Shown here: positions 1-9,962 of the stretch, one piece after another
How positions within the stretch are numbered: position 1 is the stretch's first letter
Layout: every line of letters begins with the position of its first letter
NCBI GenBank assembly: GCA_963741945.1
Contig: CAVUKA010000001.1
Coordinates: forward strand, 1,248,001 to 1,312,000
DNA: 64,000 nt
Direction of reading: 5' to 3'
DNA from: an uncultured Gemmatimonadales bacterium
GTDB lineage: Bacteria; Gemmatimonadota; Gemmatimonadetes; Longimicrobiales; RSA9
Translations under genes and position numbers: made by a program
Notes under the pieces: model-generated
What the model saw: the letters and a program-made list of their open reading frames with translations, nothing else
Databases searched by the model: none
What the model was told of the DNA's origin: nothing

Positions 1-332
1 TGCGATCCGAGGACTTCCTGGACGTGGAGGAGTACCCGAAGCTGCGCTTCGTGAGCAAGCGTGTAGACGGGGCGGCGCTGGAGCCGGGGACGGAGTTCGA
101 GATTGTGGGCGACCTGACGATCCGTGGTGTGACGCGTGAAGTGACGCTGGATGCGGTATTCGGCGGCACGAACATGGATCCCTGGGGCGGTGAGCGGGCG
201 GCGTTCAGTGCGGAGACCACCATCGACCGACGTGATTTCGGGCTGCAGTGGAACCAGGCGCTGGAGACGGGGGGCGTTCTGGTGGGCAACCGGGTGAAGA
301 TCGATATCGAGGCGCAGACGGTGAAGCAGTAG
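1..332 (+). CDS. YceI family lipid/polyisoprenoid-binding protein (5'-partial)
   Basis: RSEDFLDVEEYPKLRF..GDLTIRGVTREV..DPWG..IDRRDFGLQWN motifs; frame open from the window edge. Confidence 0.9.
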   Translation, partial: RSEDFLDVEEYPKLRFVSKRVDGAALEPGTEFEIVGDLTIRGVTREVTLDAVFGGTNMDPWGGERAAFSAETTIDRRDFGLQWNQALETGGVLVGNRVKIDIEAQTVKQ

Positions 333-368
333 GCGTGCGGGCGGCGATCCCGAACGCCGGTCGGAGGC

Positions 369-401
369 CGCGATGGCGCTCGGGGTCCGAGCGCCATCGC
401 G
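369..401. terminator. Hairpin between convergent genes, probable terminator
   Basis: Perfect 15-bp stem CGCGATGGCGCTCGG / CCGAGCGCCATCGCG with GGT loop, followed by TTT. Confidence 0.65.
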
Positions 402-403
402 TT

Positions 404-1216
404 TCAGCCGCCTGCCGCGGATGGAGTGCTCGACGTCGCAACGTTGACGTCGATGGGAAGTTCGACTCCGCCCCAGGACTCCCGGACGTCGAGCTGGCCC
501 TGCCAGACGCGCGCATCCGGGAACCCCGATTCGGCGGGCCCGCGTCGGAGGTGGAAGCCATTCGTGGCCACCACCCAGAGGCTCGGCTCACCAGGCCGCC
601 CCGCTTCGCCGAATGCGCCCTCCACGGCGTCGAGGAGTCTCGGGGCGTTGCCCGCGTGGGCGTACAGGCCGGGAACGTATCGGCCACCCTGCAGGAGAGC
701 CTCTGACCAGGCCCGCACGTACGCCGTGAGCGGAGCCGCCACACTGTCCACGCGCTCCACATCGAGGTAGATGATGGTGCCTTCGGGGAAGCCTTCGGCC
801 TGCGCCGCGCGCGTTGCTGCCACGGCGTCGACACGTCCTTTCTCCGGCGTGAGGTTGCCGCGCGTGCACGCGGGGGCCGCCGCTTCGCTGTCGGGTGCCG
901 GGCCGACGTGCTCGGGCCAGTCCTGCTCCCCAACGAAGATCACGGCGATGCCCCACCGCATGGCTTCCAGGGCGGGGCGCTTCCCCTGCCAGGTCGTGCC
1001 CGTGTAGCACGGCGCGGGGAGGTAGAATCCGACCCACCTGTACGGGGATTGGTCGCGCCAGCGCGCGAGGGCGGCGTCGCCGGGATACACGCGGGTATCG
1101 AAGCCCGGGACGCCGCTGGCGGGCCGGGGCATGGGTCCGGCCCGCGGCGGCGTGGTACCACCGGCGCAGGCGGAAGTGGCCAGGAGGAGCGCGGCCGCGG
1201 ACGCGGATCGGATCAT
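404..1216 (-). CDS. DUF1906 / Rv2525c-like glycoside hydrolase domain lipoprotein
   Basis: Lipobox ATSAC; GFDT..YP, WVGFYL, IIYLDVE, YVPGLY, WQG motifs; start re-set to ATG 1216. Confidence 0.75.
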   Translation of the reverse strand: MIRSASAAALLLATSACAGGTTPPRAGPMPRPASGVPGFDTRVYPGDAALARWRDQSPYRWVGFYLPAPCYTGTTWQGKRPALEAMRWGIAVIFVGEQDWPEHVGPAPDSEAAAPACTRGNLTPEKGRVDAVAATRAAQAEGFPEGTIIYLDVERVDSVAAPLTAYVRAWSEALLQGGRYVPGLYAHAGNAPRLLDAVEGAFGEAGRPGEPSLWVVATNGFHLRRGPAESGFPDARVWQGQLDVRESWGGVELPIDVNVATSSTPSAAGG

Positions 1217-1445
1217 GTTGGCGGAATCGGTTCGAGTTCGGAGCATTGGCAATGCGGGGCGCGCGGGTTCTGCCTGCGGGCCGCGCCCGCGCGGCTTCGG
1301 CAGGGCGGCGATGCAGGAACGGCGCCGGCGGGAAGGCCAGGATCGCGGAGGCCTAGCCCCGTCCCCCGTGAAGGCGGTCCCCACCGCCTTTCCGGTCATG
1401 CGTTCGCCTCTCGCGGAACCGCCGCCGGGGTGCCACGTTACCTCC

Positions 1446-2176
1446 GTGCCGGCGCGCGACCCCGTTGTGACCGTCTTCTTCTACTCGGCCGTGGCATCGC
1501 TCACGGCCATGGTGGGCGTACTGCCACAGCTCGTGGGGGGCCGTCCCCGTGAAGCCATCATCGGCTGGGCCAACGCCGTGGCCGCCGGTCTCATGTTCGG
1601 CGTCGCCTACATGCTCCTGACCGCCGGACTGAAAACGGATCTGGCCCCCGGCGCGCTGGGGGCGCTGGTGGGCATCGGGTTCGTGCGGGTGACGCACGCC
1701 CTGACGGGCACGGCCGAGCTCGACCGCGTGCAGGAAGACAGCGTCGAGCACGGCTACAAGGTCATTCTTGCCGACACGCTCCACGCGGCGCACGAGGGGA
1801 TCGCCATCGGTGTGGCGATGCTGGTCTCCATTCCCCTCGGGATCTCGATGGCGCTGGCGCTGGCCGTGCACAACATTCCGGAAGCGATGGTGCTGAACTC
1901 GGTTCTCACGCGGCAGCGCCTCTCGGCGGGCCAGTCCCTGGGGCTCGCCCTGGCGACGAACGGGAACCAGGTGCTGATGGCGGTGGTCACCTTCTCCATG
2001 ATCTCGGCCATCCCGGCTCTCCTTCCCCTGGCGACGGGGTTTGCCGTCGGCGCCCTCTTCCAGCTGGTGCTCGTCGAGCTCCTGCCGGAGTCGTATCGGC
2101 AGGCGGGAAGCACCAGCATCGCACTGGTGGCCATGGTCGCCCTCGGACTCGTGGTCCTGCTCGGCGGGCGGACCCC

Positions 2177-2180
<4 letters not shown>
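1446..2180 (+). CDS. ZIP (ZupT/GufA-like) metal transporter, paralog 1
   Basis: Multi-TM; AVAAGLM, HAAHEG and HNIPEA motifs, ELLPES; start uncertain (GTG 1446 or 1467). Confidence 0.8.
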
Positions 2181-4103
<1,923 letters not shown>

Positions 4104-4136
4104 GCCGTCTGCGGGGCGGCACCGCCGGCTCCGGCC

Positions 4137-5198
4137 TCAGCCTTTGACGCCGCCCATGACCGGGAGAACCGCGCCGGTGATGTAGCCGGCGGTGATGGGC
4201 GAAGCGAGGAAGACGTAGGCGGGCGCGAGCTCCTCCGGCTGCGCCGGCCGGTTCATGGCTGTGCTCGTGCCGAACTCCGGAACGGCCTCCGCCGACCGGT
4301 CGGCCGGGTTCAAGGGAGTCCAGACGGGGCCCGGGGCGATGGCGTTCACCCGGATGCCGCGGTCGGCCACGTTCTGCGCCAGGGCGCGGGTGAAGGCATG
4401 GATCGCCCCCTTGGTGGCGGAGTAGTCGAGCAGCATCGGCTGGCCGAAGAGCCCGGTCTCGGACCCCGTGTTCACGATCGCACTTCCTTCCCCGAGGTGC
4501 GGAAGCGCGGCACGGGCCATCGCCATGTAGCCCAGGATGTTGGTCTCCAGCGTCATCCGGATGTGATCGTCCGTGAGGTCCTCCAGCGATTTCGCGTGCT
4601 CCTGGAACGCGGCGTTGTTCACCAGCACGTCCAGCTGTCCAAGCTCCGCCACCGTCCGTTCCACGGCGAACGCGCAGAACTCCGAGTCGCGCACGTCGCC
4701 GGAAAGCGTGATGCAGCGACTTCCTTCCGCCTCCACCGCGGCGCGCGTGGTTTCCGCGTCCTGGTGCTCGCTCAGGTACACCACGGCGACGTCCGCGCCT
4801 TCGCGGGCGAACAGCACGGCCACCGAGCGGCCGATCCCGCTGTCGGCGCCCGTGATCAGCGCCACGCGCCCTTCCAGCTTTCCGGATCCCCGGTACTCCG
4901 GCGACGCGAACCGCGGCGCGGGATCGAGGGGCGCTTCCCGCCCGGGTTTCGCCTGGTGCTGCTCGGGCAGCGGTGATTCCGGCTGCCGTCGCGCGCTCGC
5001 CTGGACGGCCTCGGAGCCCTCCCCACCCGCGCCCTCGTCCTCACCAATGTCGCGGGCGGCCTCCCGCCGCTCCACCTCGGACTGGATCCCCCGCTGCGCT
5101 TCCGCCGTCCGCTCCGCGGCCTCGCGGAAGCGATCCTTCCGGCCGCCCCACTTCCTCCGCTCCGTACCCGCGCTCTCACTCCTGCGATCGCTCGGCAT
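4137..5198 (-). CDS. SDR oxidoreductase (YhdF/YdaD general stress protein-like)
   Basis: YRGSGKLEGRVALITGADSGIG, NNAAFQ, YSATK; AGGAGG RBS before ATG 5198. Confidence 0.9.
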   Translation of the reverse strand: MPSDRRSESAGTERRKWGGRKDRFREAAERTAEAQRGIQSEVERREAARDIGEDEGAGGEGSEAVQASARRQPESPLPEQHQAKPGREAPLDPAPRFASPEYRGSGKLEGRVALITGADSGIGRSVAVLFAREGADVAVVYLSEHQDAETTRAAVEAEGSRCITLSGDVRDSEFCAFAVERTVAELGQLDVLVNNAAFQEHAKSLEDLTDDHIRMTLETNILGYMAMARAALPHLGEGSAIVNTGSETGLFGQPMLLDYSATKGAIHAFTRALAQNVADRGIRVNAIAPGPVWTPLNPADRSAEAVPEFGTSTAMNRPAQPEELAPAYVFLASPITAGYITGAVLPVMGGVKG

Positions 5199-5290
5199 CG
5201 CCCCCTCCTGTTCGATGGATCCTCCCACCCATCCCAACGCAACAGGCGAGCCGGACCGGCGAGCGCGCGACCGGCCGGAAGGTGGGGCAT

Positions 5291-5306
5291 CGGCGTCCGA
5301 TTTGCA
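5291..5306 (+). promoter_or_regulatory. Possible sigma54 -24/-12 promoter
   Basis: CGGCGTCCGATTTGCA, GG-N10-GC spacing, about 95 nt before ATG 5401. Confidence 0.35.
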
Positions 5307-5400
5307 TGTCCTGGGGGAAGGCCGCCGCGTGCGGGCGCGCGTGGTTGGCGCACCGGACCCTGCGAGGACCGGACCCTTCGAACGCAGCGCGGGAGGAGCC

Positions 5401-6084
5401 ATGGCACGGTTGGACCACGAACCGGAAGACACGGGCGGGATCGGGATCGGCTGGATCTGGGGCGTGGTGGCCACGATCGCGGTGGTGCTGGTGGTCTGGT
5501 GGGCATGGCCGGGGATGCCGCCGAACCACGAGGTCGCGCGCGTGTCCGACATCCAGCCGGTGGAGCCTGCCGCCACGCAGGCGCCGGGGCCCGCGGCAGC
5601 GGGCAGGGGCGCCCCGTCGTCCGACACCGCTCCGGCCCCGGGCGCAGCGGCGGCCGACGGCCAGGAGGGGCGTGGGTCCGGCACCGCCGATGCGGCGGGC
5701 CCGACGGTCTCGTCGCCGGACCTCGCAGCGATCGTGGACAACCCGGACCAGTACGTCGGCCAGACATTCCAGGGGGACCGGATCCGGGTCTCGCAGGTCC
5801 CCGGCAGCCGCAGCTTCTGGATCGCGGCTCCCGGCGGACGGAACCTGTTCGCCGTGATTGAGGAGCGGACCGCGGAAGAGCTGCCACGGATCGCTCCGGG
5901 CGCCATCATCGGGATCCGGCGCGCGACGCTGCGGCACGCCGATTACCTGTCGCAGATGCCGCCGGGCTCCCTGGACGACGCCACCCGCTACATCGCGGAG
6001 CACCGGGACGTCTTCCTGGTGGTGGATGCCGGCGCCATCACCGTGGAGCAGCCGGGGACCCCGTCGCCCGCGACGGGCGGCTGA
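5401..6084 (+). CDS. Hypothetical single-TM protein with extracytoplasmic OB-like domain
   Basis: GGAGGAG RBS; TM WIWGVVATIAVVLVVWW; Pro/Ala linker; IVDNPDQYVGQT motif. Confidence 0.7.
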   Translation: MARLDHEPEDTGGIGIGWIWGVVATIAVVLVVWWAWPGMPPNHEVARVSDIQPVEPAATQAPGPAAAGRGAPSSDTAPAPGAAAADGQEGRGSGTADAAGPTVSSPDLAAIVDNPDQYVGQTFQGDRIRVSQVPGSRSFWIAAPGGRNLFAVIEERTAEELPRIAPGAIIGIRRATLRHADYLSQMPPGSLDDATRYIAEHRDVFLVVDAGAITVEQPGTPSPATGG

Positions 6085-6202
6085 CGCGAGTCCCGGCGCG
6101 CGGCCTTCCAGCGCGCGCGCGGCGCAGGCAGCGGGTCCTCGTCAGGGCCCGCCGCGTCCTCGCCAGGGCGCAGGGCGTCCTCGTCAGCGCGTCCTGGTCC
6201 GG

Positions 6203-6427
6203 CTAGGTCGTGCCTCCGGCGGGGGCCTGGCCGCGCAGCACCTGCCGGCACTCGTTCTCTTCCCGCTCGAGCTCCTCGAGCAGGCAGTTGACCGTGTGCG
6301 TGACCAGCTCCTCCACCGGGACGCCCCGGCGCTGCGCCTCCGCCTGGTAGGCGCGGTAGTGCTCGCTGGTGACCCGGGCCACCACGGGGACTTCCACCGT
6401 GTCGCTCACGTCCACAATGTTGCTCAC
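6203..6427 (-). CDS. Small protein, ribbon-helix-helix-like
   Basis: GGAGG RBS; GTG overlaps the DUF35 stop (GTGA); strand-helix-G-helix pattern. Confidence 0.6.
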   Translation of the reverse strand: MSNIVDVSDTVEVPVVARVTSEHYRAYQAEAQRRGVPVEELVTHTVNCLLEELEREENECRQVLRGQAPAGGTT

Positions 6428-6825
6428 GCTTCACCTCCAGCTGGCACGGCCTTGTGGCCGTAACACAGGATACCGCCGCGCCCTTCGGCCCTGACCCGGC
6501 GGAACTCCAGCGTGGTCTCCATTCCTGGGAGGACCTCTTCCGGCACGCAGTCCACCACCTGCGCCATCAGGCGAGCGCCTTCGGGCGTCTCGATGATGGC
6601 CATGGCGTACGGCGCTTCGGGAGTCAGCTCGTCGGGCGCCACGTGGATGACGGTGGACGTGACCACGCGCCCGCGCGGTGACAGCCGCACATCCTCGAGC
6701 GCGCTGGCCCTGCACGCCGGGCAGACCCGCCGCTTCGGGTAGATCACCTTCCCGCACTCCGTGCAGCGGCTCCCCTCGAGCCGGTAGCGGGCCGGGATCT
6801 CTCGCCAGTATCTGGGACTCGGCAT
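6424..6825 (-). CDS. DUF35 Zn-ribbon/OB-fold protein (thiolase-HMGCS scaffold)
   Basis: PRYWREIPARYRLEGSRCTECG..CPAC; OB fold with PYAMAII; YGHK C-terminus. Confidence 0.92.
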   Translation of the reverse strand: MPSPRYWREIPARYRLEGSRCTECGKVIYPKRRVCPACRASALEDVRLSPRGRVVTSTVIHVAPDELTPEAPYAMAIIETPEGARLMAQVVDCVPEEVLPGMETTLEFRRVRAEGRGGILCYGHKAVPAGGEA

Positions 6826-6828
6826 GGG

Positions 6829-7977
6829 TCACACCCTCTCGAAGACGTGGACAACGGAGCTGCCGCCGGAGCCGCCCATATTCTGTGCGACGCCGATGTG
6901 GGCGCCCTCCACCTGGCGGTCCCCCGCCTCGCCCCTGAGCTGCTCGAAGATCTCGATGGCCTGGGCCACCCCCGTGGCGCCCACCGGGTGACCCTTGGCT
7001 TTCAGCCCGCCGCTCGTGTTCACCGGTCGCCGGCCGCCCAGCGCCGTGAATCCGCTCTTCGCCGCCTCCGAGGGGTTGCACCCGTCCGTCAGCCCCATGG
7101 CTTCGACGCAGCAGATCTCCGCGATGGAGAAGCAGTCGTGGACCTCCGCCACGTCCACGTCCGACGGCTGGATCCCGGCCATCCCGTACGCCCGCTCCGC
7201 CGACAGCCGAACGGCCGTGAGCACGGACGGGTCCTCCCGGTCGGCCAGCGCAGGAGGCGCTGTGGCGGCGCCGCTGCCGCGGATCCGAACGGGCCGATCG
7301 GTGAACTCGTGCGCGCGCTCGAGCGGGACGAGGAGCACGGCGGCGGCGCCGTCGCTCACGGGCGAGCAGTTCAGCAGGCGCAGCGGCTCCGCCACCAGCG
7401 AAGACCCGAGGACGTCCTCCACGGTGATCTCCCGCCGGTACTGGGCCCGCGGGTTCAGGGCGCCGTGCCGGTGGTTCTTCACGGCCACCCACGCCATGTC
7501 CTCCAGCGTGGTCCCGCGAGAGGCCATGTGGGCACGGGCGATCATGGCATAGAGGCCGGGAAACGTTATTCCGTGATAGGCTTCCAGCTCCTGGTCCGCG
7601 GCCGTCGCCAGCACGTTCGTGGCATCAGCGCCATCGGTCATCTTCTCCACGCCCGCGGCCAGTACGAAGTCGCTGAGCCCCGACGCCACTTCGATCCACG
7701 CCGCCCGCAGCGCCATCCCGCCGGAGGCGCACGCCGACTCGACGCGGGTCACGGGCACGCCCGCCATGCCGAGCTGGTCCGCGGCAATGGGGCCGAGGTG
7801 CTCCTGCCCCACGAACTGGCCGGCGGCCATGTTGCCCACGTAGATGGCGTCCAGGTGGTCCACCCCGGCACCGTGCAGCGCTTCCAGCGCGGCATCGGCG
7901 AACATGGTGCGCAAGCTCGAATCCCAGAGCTCGCCGAAGCTGGTCATCCCCGCACTCACTATGGCGACGTCGCGCAT
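6829..7977 (-). CDS. Archaeal-type acetoacetyl-CoA thiolase (thiolase/SCP-x family)
   Basis: ESACASGG catalytic Cys, EVHDCF, KGHPVGATG. Confidence 0.92.
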   Translation of the reverse strand: MRDVAIVSAGMTSFGELWDSSLRTMFADAALEALHGAGVDHLDAIYVGNMAAGQFVGQEHLGPIAADQLGMAGVPVTRVESACASGGMALRAAWIEVASGLSDFVLAAGVEKMTDGADATNVLATAADQELEAYHGITFPGLYAMIARAHMASRGTTLEDMAWVAVKNHRHGALNPRAQYRREITVEDVLGSSLVAEPLRLLNCSPVSDGAAAVLLVPLERAHEFTDRPVRIRGSGAATAPPALADREDPSVLTAVRLSAERAYGMAGIQPSDVDVAEVHDCFSIAEICCVEAMGLTDGCNPSEAAKSGFTALGGRRPVNTSGGLKAKGHPVGATGVAQAIEIFEQLRGEAGDRQVEGAHIGVAQNMGGSGGSSVVHVFERV

Positions 7978-8043
7978 GCAGCCTCCTCGGTTTTCCGCCC
8001 GCCGGCCCCGCCGGCTCCTGGTCCACCCCGCGCCCGTGCGAGG

Positions 8044-9090
8044 TCAGTCGTTCATCCGGATCTTCTCGCGCAGCTTGACATACTCGCCATAGGTGAGATA
8101 GCGACGCGGCCCGTCCAGCATGCTCCGCACAGTGGGCGCCCGGTCGCGTCGCTCCACGAGGGCGTCCGTAGTGCGCAGCACGAACGAGTCGCTGCCGGCG
8201 CCGGAGCCGAACGACGTGATCAGCACCAGCCGGTCCGCCTCGACGATGTCCAGCGCGGCTGCGAGCCCGGTGGGCGAGCTGCCGGAGTACGTGTTCCCCA
8301 TGGTCGGCACGATCCACCCGGGCTCCAGCTGCTCCCGCGTGAAGCCGAGCTGCTTTCCCGCGCTGAGCGGGAACTTCCCGTTCGGCATGTGGAAGACCGC
8401 GTAGCGGAAGTCGGACGGCTTCAGTCCCGTCCGCTCCAGGATGAGCCGCGTGGCGCTCAGCACGTGCTTGAAGTACGCCGGCTCGCCGGTGAAGCGGCCG
8501 CCGTGCCGGGGATAGAACTCCCCTTCCCTGCGCCAGAAGTCCGGCGTGTCCGTGGTGAAGCTGACCGCGTCCACCACGTCCGCCATGACGTCGTCCCTGC
8601 CGAAGATGTAGGCGCTGCCGCCGGCGGAGGCGGAGTATTCGAGCGCATCGCTCGGCGCGCCCTGCGACGTGTCCGCCCCGATCCCCATCGCGTACTCCAT
8701 CCGCCCGGACTCCACCAGTCCGAGGGCCACGAACATCGCTTCCGTACCCGCCTTGCACGCGAACTCGAAGTCCGCCACGTGCACTTCCGGGCCGATCCCC
8801 AGCGCCTCGATCACCGCCGTGCCGCTGGGCTTCACCGCGTACGGGTGGCTCTCGGAGCCGATGTAGAGCGCGCCCACCTTCTGCGGATCGATGCCCGCGC
8901 GGGCCAGCGCCGCCCGCCCCGCCGCGACCGAAATGGTGATGGTGTCCTCGTCCAGGCCGGGCACCGACTTCTCCTGGAGCAGCAGACCGCTGCGGATCGT
9001 CTCCGCGTCCTTCCCCCACTGGTGTGCGATCTCCTCCGCCCGGATCCGGTTGCGGGGGATGTAGGCGCCGTAGCCGACTATGCCTGCCAT
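8044..9090 (-). CDS. Archaeal-type hydroxymethylglutaryl-CoA synthase
   Basis: GIVGYGAYIP, GSESHPYAVKP, FEFACKAGT (Cys), FHMPNGKFP, GNTYSGS, SFGSGAGSD. Confidence 0.93.
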   Translation of the reverse strand: MAGIVGYGAYIPRNRIRAEEIAHQWGKDAETIRSGLLLQEKSVPGLDEDTITISVAAGRAALARAGIDPQKVGALYIGSESHPYAVKPSGTAVIEALGIGPEVHVADFEFACKAGTEAMFVALGLVESGRMEYAMGIGADTSQGAPSDALEYSASAGGSAYIFGRDDVMADVVDAVSFTTDTPDFWRREGEFYPRHGGRFTGEPAYFKHVLSATRLILERTGLKPSDFRYAVFHMPNGKFPLSAGKQLGFTREQLEPGWIVPTMGNTYSGSSPTGLAAALDIVEADRLVLITSFGSGAGSDSFVLRTTDALVERRDRAPTVRSMLDGPRRYLTYGEYVKLREKIRMND

Positions 9091-9497
9091 GGGACCTCCA
9101 GCCGTGGGACGCGCGCGCGCACCGGGCGGCGAGCGTCAGGGGATGCGTGGGATGCCGGGGACGCACGGGTCCTCCGGCGTCCTCGGAAAGCACGGGCGCC
9201 GCGACCGCACGATGGTCGCGGATGTGCCAGCAAGCGCATTGGGGTAGCCTCCCGGGGAAGCCGTGCTGCCTGCCGGGGCCGTGGGTAGGGGGGACGGCCC
9301 GACTCCGGTCAAAGTCGGACAGCCGGCGGAGCGCGTCAAGGGAGGCCGGCCTCTGCGGCCGGGCGGGCGTTCCACGACCGGCCGTGAAGAGAATCCTTTT
9401 GCCCGGCCCCGCGCCGCCGCTACCTTGAAGCGGCCGGAACCCCGGCCCACGGGCGCTGGCGCCCGGTCTCCGATCCCAACCCAGTGAGGAACCACCC

Positions 9498-9911
9498 ATG
9501 TCGCGTCGGACCTCTCCCCGTACCCGCATCGCCGCCGTGCTTTCCTCGGCCGCTCTCCTGGCCCTTGTCGCGGCTGCGCCGGCACACCGACCCCAGCGGC
9601 AGGTCGTGCGGATCACGATCTCCATGGACAGTACCGGAGCGGTGGTGGTGGATCCCGAGCAGGCCCACGTCAACCCCGGCACCCGCATCGAGTGGACGAG
9701 CGATCTCCCGTTCGGGCTGGCCGTGCAGCGCGAGGCGGACCTCTTCGGGAATACGCTCCCGCCGCAGGCGCTGCAGGGGCAGAAGAACCGGCCGGTCGGC
9801 GTGGGCATCGGCGCGAACGCGCCCGAGGGGAGCTACAAGTACGCGGTCGGCGTCTGGGACGGAACGAGCGTCTCGGTGAGGGACCCGGAGATCATCGTCG
9901 GGGGCCACTAG
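9498..9911 (+). CDS. Secreted small beta-sandwich protein (cupredoxin-like or DP-EP-like), unknown function
   Basis: GAGGA RBS, signal peptide; VVDPE..IEWTS..GSYKYAV..DPEIIV pattern. Confidence 0.65.
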   Translation: MSRRTSPRTRIAAVLSSAALLALVAAAPAHRPQRQVVRITISMDSTGAVVVDPEQAHVNPGTRIEWTSDLPFGLAVQREADLFGNTLPPQALQGQKNRPVGVGIGANAPEGSYKYAVGVWDGTSVSVRDPEIIVGGH

Positions 9912-9962
9912 CAGTTGCGGAGGACGCCCGCCCGGTCCCGCGCCGCGAGCGGGCGAGGCGCG

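Noticed and set aside
6424-9090. PhlABC-type 2,4-diacetylphloroglucinol cluster
   Set aside because: No type III PKS (phlD) nearby and the HMGCS catalytic Cys/Glu/His are retained.
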